A model generated the notes under the pieces. It ran no database searches and was not told where the DNA came from. It saw nothing but the letters and a program-made list of their open reading frames with translations. This document shows positions 8,601-14,099 of a stretch of DNA of 14,099 nucleotides, piece after piece. The DNA lies in contig JBBQSO010000116.1 of NCBI GenBank assembly GCA_038213805.1, positions 1 through 14,099 on the forward strand. Reading direction: 5' to 3'. Position 1 is the first letter of the stretch. Each line of letters starts with the position of its first letter. The translations under genes were made by a program, and so were the position numbers. Source of the DNA: Planctomycetota bacterium. GTDB lineage: Bacteria; Planctomycetota; UBA11346.

Positions 8601-8940
8601 GCTGCGCGGCCTGACCCCGCTTGCCGCCGCGCTTGAGGCCTGCCGGCTGCGCCTGCGTCCGATCCTGATGACCTCGTTGGCCTTCATCTTCGGCGTGCTG
8701 CCGCTGGTGCGCGCCACCGGGGCTGGCGCAGAGCTGCGCTTCGCCACCGGCATCGCGGTGTTCGCGGGCATGATCGGCGTGACCGTGTTTGGCTTGCTGC
8801 TGACCCCGGTGTTCTACGTGGTCATCCGCAAGCTGGTCGGCGGCAAGCTGGTCTCCCACAATGACGAGCCGGGTGGGCACCAGGCGGAACACGCGTTGCC
8901 GGCCGGGCATGTCGCGCCGCCGGCTGAGGTTCATCCATGA
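5665..8940 (+). CDS. HAE1-family multidrug RND permease (MexF/OqxB/BpeF-like), 1091 aa
   Basis: GTG start overlaps the adaptor stop. 'FIDRPIFA', 'LPISEYPEVVPPTI', TM4 'GIVVDDAIVVVENVER', TM10 'GLACKNAILIVEF' and TM11 'RLRPILMTS' show an intact Asp-Asp/Lys/Thr proton relay. Confidence 0.97.
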   Translation: MRLPQYFIDRPIFATVLSTVIVLLGVLAMNRLPISEYPEVVPPTIAVNANYPGANPETISATVAGPLEQQMTGIDGMLYLFSQSTLDGTMQLTLTFKIGTDIDKALVEVQNRVQRATPRLPEEVRRLGVTSNKATRNLLMVVHLQSPDSSVDMLTLSNYARLYVKDQLARLPGISDVPVFGAGEYSMRIWLDPEKMAARKLEPQDVAAAIREQNVQIAPGTLAQQPVDRATPFEITITTQGRLTEVAQFEQIIVRRGAAGQLVRLKDVARIELGANTYSLRSLLAIKKTDKEGKDISTGMGIATALPIIQSPDSNALEVSDHVRAKMKELSASFPKGITYEIVYDPTQFIRSSIEAVVHTLIEAVILVVIVVIIFLQTWRASVIPLIAVPVSIIGTFAIMSALGFTINALSLFGLVLAIGIVVDDAIVVVENVERNIANGLTPRDATRQAMREVSGPILATALVLCSVFIPTAFISGLTGQFFQQFALTIAISTVISAFTSLTLSPALAALLLKPHGARPDLFTRFLNLLFGWFFRLFNRAFNASANGYVGLTRRVVRFSAIALVLYAGLMYLTYDRFTSTPTSFVPAQDKGYLICVAFLPNGASLDRTEKVIRQMGEIAMKNPAVDGAVAFPGLSFNGFTNSPNTGIVFVRLKPYEERAKLGKAGYGEEVAHQIQMPFFGINDALVLALNPPPILGLGTSGGFKLFIQDRGNLGIEAVFGAVQAALGEARATGKFDANHTFTSFTLSVPRVAVDIDREKVIAQGMHLGDVYDALQGYFGTIYANDFNKFGRTWQVNIQGDAQFRLKNGDFQRIKIRNSAGDMVPLSSFITLRETAGPERAMQYNTFPAIELQGEAAPGVSGDEAKAKMEEILTHLPPGIGYEWTEITYQQILAGNTAVYVFPMCVLLAILVLAAFYESLSLPMAIVLIVPMCLLSALLGVNLVHSDNNIMTQIGLVVLVGLACKNAILIVEFAKEAEVLRGLTPLAAALEACRLRLRPILMTSLAFIFGVLPLVRATGAGAELRFATGIAVFAGMIGVTVFGLLLTPVFYVVIRKLVGGKLVSHNDEPGGHQAEHALPAGHVAPPAEVHP

Positions 8941-8978
8941 GATCTTCCCGTCCTGTCCCGCGCTCCGGAGCCGCGCCC

Positions 8979-10343
8979 ATGACCCGCCTGTCCGCCTGCC
9001 TTGCCGCGTTCATCGCCCCGCTGCTCGCAGGCGGGGCCCTGCTCGGCGCCGCCGAGCAATCTGCCCCACCAACGCCCACGGTGGCGCCGGTCCCTTCTGC
9101 GCCGGTGCCGGTGCCGCAGGCGCCGCGGCGGCTGCGCCTTGCCGAGGTCGTGCAGCTCTCCGCGGCCTCGGTGCCGGTCAGCATCGCCCGTCTCGACACC
9201 GCGTTGGCGCGCGCCAGCCTGAACACCGAGCGCACCGCGCTGCAGCCCACGCTCAACGCCACGGCGGGCGTGACGCGCGCCAAGACCTACGTGGACTTCA
9301 ACCGCGTGCCGCAGGTGTTCTCGCCCGACAACACCTTCGACGCGCGCCTGCATCTGGGTCAGGCGCTGCTCGACCTCGACGCGTGGAACCGCGTGAGCGC
9401 GGCCGGGCGCCGCCTGGCGGCGTCCGAGGCGGCGAACCGCCTCGCCCTTGAGGACGCGGCCGGCGGCGCTGGCGAGGCCTATGTGGAACTGGCGCGCAGT
9501 CAGGCGCTGCTGGCGGTGCGCAAAGACGACCTCGCCCTGGCCGAGGAGCTGCTGAAGTTGACCAAGGCCCAGGTCGAGCTCGGCGCCACCGAGGGCATTG
9601 CCGGCACGCGCGCCGAGAACCGCGTCGCCGCGGCGCGCTCGGCGCTGACCACCGGCGAGGGCTACGTGCAGCTCGCCGCGGTGGCGTTGGCGCGTGCGCT
9701 CAGCCTTGAGCCGGGCCACGTTCTGGCCGCCGCGGACGAGCTCGGCGATGGTCTTGGCGCCAGCACGGCACCCGCGGAGCTCGCCGCCGCGCTGCAGGCG
9801 GCGCACGGCGGACGGCCCGAACTGCAGGTCTCGATCGAGACCCTCGCCGCCCTCGAGGCCGATCGCCGCGCCGCGCGCGGTCAGCGCATGCCGCGCCTCG
9901 ACGGTTTCGCCGACGGCGGGCGCATCGGCCGGAAGATCAACGAAACCGAAACCACGTGGGATATCGGCGTGCAGCTCACCATCCCGCTGCTCGACCGCGA
10001 CCGCTACCATGAGGAGATCGCCGATCGCCGCCTCGCCCAGCAGCGCCTGCGTTTCGAGGACCTCGGCCAGAGCATCGACGCCGAGGTGCAGAATGCGCTC
10101 ATCCAGCTCCAGACCGGCCGCGCCGTGCTGGTCTCAACCGTCGACGAGCGCACTCTCGCCGAGCGCGAGGTCACGGAGGCGCGCAACCGCTTCACCGCCG
10201 GCGCCGGCGGCAATCTTGACCTGATCGACGCCCAGCGTGGCCTGACGCGCGCCCAGGAGCAGATGGTCGCCGCCCGGCAGATGGTGGCGCTGGCGCAGAT
10301 CCGTCTGGCGCGCGCGGTGGGGGCGGCGGTCAGCCTGCACTGA
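8979..10343 (+). CDS. TolC-family outer membrane efflux protein, about 454 aa (alternative start 8937 overlaps the permease stop)
   Basis: GGAG 8 nt before ATG 8979; signal peptide MTRLSACLAAFIAPLLAGGALLGA-AE; two OEP-like halves ('RPELQ', 'WDIGVQLTIPLLD', 'ARNRFTAGAGGNLDLIDAQ...LARAVG'); third gene of the RND triad. Confidence 0.92.
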   Translation: MTRLSACLAAFIAPLLAGGALLGAAEQSAPPTPTVAPVPSAPVPVPQAPRRLRLAEVVQLSAASVPVSIARLDTALARASLNTERTALQPTLNATAGVTRAKTYVDFNRVPQVFSPDNTFDARLHLGQALLDLDAWNRVSAAGRRLAASEAANRLALEDAAGGAGEAYVELARSQALLAVRKDDLALAEELLKLTKAQVELGATEGIAGTRAENRVAAARSALTTGEGYVQLAAVALARALSLEPGHVLAAADELGDGLGASTAPAELAAALQAAHGGRPELQVSIETLAALEADRRAARGQRMPRLDGFADGGRIGRKINETETTWDIGVQLTIPLLDRDRYHEEIADRRLAQQRLRFEDLGQSIDAEVQNALIQLQTGRAVLVSTVDERTLAEREVTEARNRFTAGAGGNLDLIDAQRGLTRAQEQMVAARQMVALAQIRLARAVGAAVSLH

Positions 10344-10404
10344 ACTGGAGGACCTCGGGTCGCGAATCCAGGTTCCAGCCTCTGCCCAAGCATTGCCCAA
10401 TCCC

Positions 10405-10432
10405 GATCAACGGATATGGATATCCGTTGATC
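10405..10432. promoter_or_regulatory. Probable Rrf2 operator: GATCAACGGATAT-gg-ATATCCGTTGATC (13-2-13 perfect inverted repeat)
   Basis: Perfect 13-bp arms ending 23 nt upstream of the Rrf2 ATG, relatively AT-rich, no U-tract; TTGCCC (10393-10398) lies just upstream as a possible -35. Confidence 0.8.
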
Positions 10433-10455
10433 CGTTTAAGGGGTAGGGCAAGCGC

Positions 10456-10896
10456 ATGATCTCCCAGACCGCCGAGTATGCGCTGCGCGCCGTCACCTAT
10501 CTGGCCGACCACACCGCGGCGCAGACGGCGGAGGCCATCGCCAAGGGGACCAAGGTGCCGGTCGGCTACCTGGCCAAGATCCTTCAGGGCCTGGTGCGGT
10601 CCGGGCTGATCACCTCGCAGCGCGGCCTCTACGGCGGTTTCGTCCTGGCGCGTCCGCCCAAAGAACTGTCGATCCATGACGTCGTGCAGGCGGTCGCGCC
10701 GCTCCTGCGCATCGAGCGGTGTCCCCTGGGCATCGCGGGCCACGGCACCAACCTCTGTCCGCTGCACCGCAGCCTGGACAACGCCATGGCTACGGTCGAA
10801 CAGGCCTTTCGCCGCCTGACCATCCATGCGCTGCTCAATCAGGCCCATGGCAGCCATCCACTGTGCAGCTTTCCGCACCTCGAAACGCCCAACTGA
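10456..10896 (+). CDS. Rrf2-family transcriptional regulator, 146 aa
   Basis: 'MISQTAEYALRAVTYLA', HTH 'VPVGYLAKILQGLVRSGLITSQRGLYGGFVLARPPKELSIHDVVQAV', C-terminal Cys/His cluster 'CPLGIAGHGTNLCPLH'. Confidence 0.95.
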   Translation: MISQTAEYALRAVTYLADHTAAQTAEAIAKGTKVPVGYLAKILQGLVRSGLITSQRGLYGGFVLARPPKELSIHDVVQAVAPLLRIERCPLGIAGHGTNLCPLHRSLDNAMATVEQAFRRLTIHALLNQAHGSHPLCSFPHLETPN

Positions 10897-11024
10897 AGCG
10901 TGCCGCAAGCCCGCGTCAGGGCGGCTCTACCTCGGATCCTGCAGGGCGGGTGGACTTTTTTCCGCAGCGGTACGTGTCCCAAAGGGGTTGTGCGCCGCCG
11001 CCGCGGGACAACCATGGCGCCGAT

Positions 11025-11714
11025 ATGGCAGTCATCTACGAACGCGCGACGCAGGTCGTACGGCGCATCTACGATCGGCGCATCGCCACCCCGCCGGTGC
11101 TCGATACCGAACAGTACTTCGCCGGTGCACCGCGCTTCGTCGCAGCCTGGCCCGAGCTGCGCGCCGAGGCCCTGGCCATCGCCGCGGACCTTGGCCGGGT
11201 GCCGCGCTTCCACGAGCTCATGCCGCAGCAGGCCGACGTCTCGGCCAACGATGCGCGCGACTGGCGCATGCTGGTGCTCAAGGCCTATGGCGTGCCGGTG
11301 CGCGGCAACCAGGCGCGCTGCCCGCGGCTCGCGCAGTTGGTCGAGGGCGACCCCGACGTGCTCTCGGCGACGCTGTCGTTCCTGGCGCCGCACAAACACA
11401 TCCCACCGCACCGCGGGCCGTTCCGCGGCATCATCCGCTTCCATCTCGGCCTGTCGGTGCCGCTGGCCGCGGACGGCAGGCCGGCCGCGGTGCTGACCGT
11501 GGACGGCTGCGAACACCGCATCGGCGACGGCGAGAGCCTGCTGTGGGATGACACCTTCACCCATGAGGTGCACAACCGCTGCGACGCGGTGCGCATCGCC
11601 CTGCTGCTCGACATCCGCCGGAGCGGCATGCCCCTGGACCTGGCGCTGCTGTCGCGGGCGATGATCCGCGGCATCGGCCTGGCGGTGCGCTGGAAGGGGC
11701 CGTTCGCGGACTGA
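11025..11714 (+). CDS. Aspartyl/asparaginyl beta-hydroxylase-family Fe(II)/2-oxoglutarate dioxygenase, 229 aa
   Basis: 'SFLAPHKHIPPHRGPFRGIIRFHLGLSVP', 'LLWDDTFTHEVHN...VRIALLLD' and upstream 'WRMLVLKAYG...NQARCP' match the AspH-type domain. ATG 11025 is chosen because the upstream in-frame extension overlaps the Rrf2 gene and looks non-coding. Confidence 0.9.
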   Translation: MAVIYERATQVVRRIYDRRIATPPVLDTEQYFAGAPRFVAAWPELRAEALAIAADLGRVPRFHELMPQQADVSANDARDWRMLVLKAYGVPVRGNQARCPRLAQLVEGDPDVLSATLSFLAPHKHIPPHRGPFRGIIRFHLGLSVPLAADGRPAAVLTVDGCEHRIGDGESLLWDDTFTHEVHNRCDAVRIALLLDIRRSGMPLDLALLSRAMIRGIGLAVRWKGPFAD

Positions 11715-11877
11715 GATACGGGCGCGAGGCCCAGTGGTCGGCATCGATGCGGCCGACGCTCGACCAGCTGCTCGCTCGGTGCGCCGGTGGACAGTGTGGA
11801 GGGGTCGCAGCCGCAGCCACGCCGAGCGTGCTGTGGATTAGCGCTCCTCATCCGCCGGTCTGCAGCATCATCCCGCC

Positions 11878-12486
11878 ATGCCCAAACACGCCCGCTTCCC
11901 GCTCTTGATCTCCATCTTCGGCTTTGCCATGGCCACCGCCGTGCCGCTGGCCGGCGCCGAGCCTGAAGAGCGCGCTGGTGCCGTGCACGGTCGCGGCGGA
12001 GCGGCGCTCACCCTGGTCGGCCCGGCATTGGTGGTCGGCCAGCCCGCACCGCCGTCGACCGGCCTGCGCGACAAGGGCCTGCAGCCGGCGGCCATCGCCT
12101 GGAATGATGGCACGGTGCGCATCGTCACCACCGCGCCGTCGCTCGACACCCCGACCTGCTCGAAGCAGGCGCGCGCCTTCAGCGAGCGTGCTGCCAAGCT
12201 CGAGGGCATTGCGATCATCTTCATCTCGCGCGACCTGCCTTTCGCCCAGGGGCGCTTCTGCGCGGCGGAAGGCATCGCCGGGATCACCGTGCTCAGCGAT
12301 TACTACGACGGATCGTTCGCGCGCGCCTGGGGCCTGTTCATCAAGGAACTGGGCCTGGATGCGCGCGCCTGCGTGGTCATCGATGGCACCGGCATCGTGC
12401 GCTATGTGCAGATCGTCGCCGACCTGCCCCAGGAACCCGACTACGACGCAGTGCTGGCCGCCGCCAAGTCGCTGCAGAAGAAGTAG
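11878..12486 (+). CDS. tpx: Thiol peroxidase (Tpx-type atypical 2-Cys peroxiredoxin) with N-terminal signal-peptide-like extension, 202 aa
   Basis: Active site 'PSLDTPTC' (C94), 'ISRDLPFAQGRFC' (resolving C128, 34 residues later as in E. coli Tpx C61/C95), 'EPDYDAVL' C-terminus. Confidence 0.93.
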   Translation: MPKHARFPLLISIFGFAMATAVPLAGAEPEERAGAVHGRGGAALTLVGPALVVGQPAPPSTGLRDKGLQPAAIAWNDGTVRIVTTAPSLDTPTCSKQARAFSERAAKLEGIAIIFISRDLPFAQGRFCAAEGIAGITVLSDYYDGSFARAWGLFIKELGLDARACVVIDGTGIVRYVQIVADLPQEPDYDAVLAAAKSLQKK

Positions 12487-12487
12487 T

Positions 12488-12925
12488 TCAGCGCAGGGGG
12501 GAATAGTCGGTGGGCTTCATGAACACCGACACCACTTTGCTGACCAACGGACCGTCGACTTCGGACGCGGCCTTGGCTGTGATCCAAGCGGGATCGGCGC
12601 TGAACGCCTTCCACGACGCCTCGCGCGCCTCGCGGCTCGGGTAGGCGAGGATGTAGATCAAGGTGTCGGCGGCGGTCTCGGCGTCGGTCGGCGTCCAGTA
12701 GCCGACGAGGTCCATGCCGTGCTTCACGAACAGCGCGTTGGTATGCTCGCGGAAGCGCGTGTGCAGGGCTGCCAGCTTGCCGGGGTTGGCGGTGTAGGTG
12801 CGCATTTCGAAGCAGCGCTCTGCCGGCGCATCCGCCTTGGTCTCGGCCGCGCTCGCGCCCGGCGTCAGGGCAAGCAGCGCGAGTACGGTGCAGCAGGCGA
12901 GGAGGAGGAGTGGCGAGGCGTGCAT
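12488..12925 (-). CDS. NIPSNAP-family protein with signal peptide, 145 aa
   Basis: GGAG before ATG 12925; signal peptide MHASPLLLLACCTVLALLALTPGASA-AE; 'FEMRTYTANPGKLAALHTRFREHT...LIYILAYPSREAREASWKAFSADPAW...FMKPTDYSPLR' is the NIPSNAP pattern. Confidence 0.92.
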   Translation of the reverse strand: MHASPLLLLACCTVLALLALTPGASAAETKADAPAERCFEMRTYTANPGKLAALHTRFREHTNALFVKHGMDLVGYWTPTDAETAADTLIYILAYPSREAREASWKAFSADPAWITAKAASEVDGPLVSKVVSVFMKPTDYSPLR

Positions 12926-13108
12926 GCGAGGGCTCCGGCAGGTGGGGATGCACGGCACTCTTGGGGTCCGCGCGCAGAGAGGAAGGAGCGACCGGTGCTG
13001 CCTTCGTCTGGTGTACCGAAGCACCGCATGGGCGGTGGCCGGACCGCCACGCCAGGGCGCTGATGCGCTCGGCCGTTGCTTTCGGCTTCGCTGGGGGACA
13101 GTTCGGAG

Positions 13109-14099
13109 ATGCTGTCGTCTACTTTTAGCGCATGGTTTCTATGTGCAGCCGTCCTGGTCGGTGCGGCGGGCGCGGCCGAGCCGCTTGGTGTTCCGGCCGC
13201 CGCACCGCTCGCAATGTCCCAACCCTCCGCCGACGCGGTCAGGGCCCAGATCACCAGGCTGCACAAGGATCACGCCGAAAAATTCGCGCGGCGTACCGCC
13301 CGCGGCAAGGATGCCCTGGCGCACGATCTGCTTGCCGATGCCGGCGTAAGCGGCCACCCGCCCGTTGAGCAGGCCGCCCTGCTGCGCGAGGCCATCCGCC
13401 TGGCTGGCGAGGCGGATGACGGCCCGACCCTGCTCGCCGCGATCGATCGCCTGGCCGCATCGTTCACCGGGGTGGTCGTAGCCGATGAGCGGCGCAAGGC
13501 CCTCGGGCACCTCAAGCGCCAGCCCTATGCCGTCGCGTTGATCACCCTGCTGGACACCCCGGGCGACGAGCACGCCGCCACCACCGCCGGACGCTGGCTG
13601 GGCGCCGTCGCGGGCCGCTGGGCCGAGGCGCTGCCGCTGATCCTGATGGGCAGCGGCGATCCCCTCTTGCAGGCCGCGGCGAAGCTGGAGGCGGCCCAGC
13701 ATGCGCCGACGCTGGAACTCGCACAGGCGTGGATCGACGCGGCGCGCAAAACTGCGACGGGGCCGGAGCAGATCGGACTGCTGAAGCACGCGGAGCGCGG
13801 GTTGGAGCAGCTCCTCCCGGGACTCGTCGGCGACGACGCGCAGCGGGCGCGGACGCTGCTCGATGGCATCCTGCCGCAGATCCCGCTCGATCCGGCTCTA
13901 GTCGACTGGGACAAGCTGACCGCCCTGCAATGGGACCGCCTGCCCGGCGTGACGTTGTCGCTGGTCGCCAGGCCCGACCGCACCGATTCGGGTGTCCTCC
14001 TCGAGCCGGGGGAGAGCGTGCGCATCGTCGCGCACCCGACTGACACCTGGTCGTTCGTCGTCGACAGCAAGGAGCACGTGGTGACCGGCTGGCGGGGGA
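13109..14099 (+). CDS. Secreted hypothetical protein, 3'-truncated by the window edge (at least 330 aa); helical N-region followed by the start of a beta-rich domain
   Basis: Manual translation shows no stop from ATG 13109 to the window end: MLSSTFSAWFLCAAVLVGAAGA-AEPLGVP...LLREAIRLAGEADD...LLDTPGDEHAATTAGRWLGAVAGRWAEALPLILMG...TDSGVLLEPGESVRIVAHPTDTWSF. Third codon positions are strongly G/C. Absent from the ORF track because it has no stop. Confidence 0.85.
   Translation, partial: MLSSTFSAWFLCAAVLVGAAGAAEPLGVPAAAPLAMSQPSADAVRAQITRLHKDHAEKFARRTARGKDALAHDLLADAGVSGHPPVEQAALLREAIRLAGEADDGPTLLAAIDRLAASFTGVVVADERRKALGHLKRQPYAVALITLLDTPGDEHAATTAGRWLGAVAGRWAEALPLILMGSGDPLLQAAAKLEAAQHAPTLELAQAWIDAARKTATGPEQIGLLKHAERGLEQLLPGLVGDDAQRARTLLDGILPQIPLDPALVDWDKLTALQWDRLPGVTLSLVARPDRTDSGVLLEPGESVRIVAHPTDTWSFVVDSKEHVVTGWRG

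Noticed and set aside
8937..8999. 'LSAC' as a lipobox if the channel starts at 8937
   Set aside because: No hydrophobic h-region precedes this Cys; the hydrophobic stretch follows it.
10345..10378. Imperfect hairpin after the TolC-like gene
   Set aside because: Bulged stem with no U-tract; not enough to call a terminator.
10935..10962. T-run (GACTTTTTT) after the Rrf2 gene as an intrinsic terminator
   Set aside because: No convincing stem immediately precedes the T-run.
10719..11024. N-terminal extensions in the ORF track (also 162-206, 3321-3467, 4247-4399, 12926-13024)
   Set aside because: They overlap other genes or precede a better start that has an RBS and/or signal peptide.
12994..13048. 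Two small hairpins in the divergent NIPSNAP/hypothetical intergenic region
   Set aside because: Short GC stems with no recognisable ncRNA motif and no second copy in the window.
11924..13063. 379-aa plus-strand ORF spanning tpx and NIPSNAP
   Set aside because: Out of frame with tpx and antisense to NIPSNAP; Arg/Ser/Pro-rich composition typical of off-frame translation.

Overview
GC-rich bacterial chromosomal segment from a diderm (it encodes a TolC-type channel and many signal-peptide proteins; Planctomycetota-like by my reading of the Rrf2 and last ORF, which is inference). Gene order: secreted DUF5060/DUF4038 glycosidase-like protein (+); convergent membrane-anchored or secreted Pro-rich repeat protein (-); a 450 bp intergenic region with a sharp AT-rich patch containing a dif-like 11-6-11 site and a TetR-type operator palindrome; TetR - RND adaptor - RND permease - TolC-like operon (+); a 13-2-13 palindrome followed by an Rrf2 regulator, an Asp/Asn beta-hydroxylase-family dioxygenase and a thiol peroxidase (Tpx) that carries a signal peptide (+); a convergent secreted NIPSNAP protein (-); and a 3'-truncated secreted hypothetical protein missing from the ORF track (+). 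I see no RNA genes, CRISPR arrays or mobile elements. Most of the window is recognisable efflux and redox biology. The best leads are the dif-like site, the Pro-rich repeat protein whose repeat copies differ only synonymously, and a possible extracytoplasmic redox module (atypical Rrf2, AspH-like enzyme, exported Tpx). I cannot show from sequence alone that any of these is a new system.
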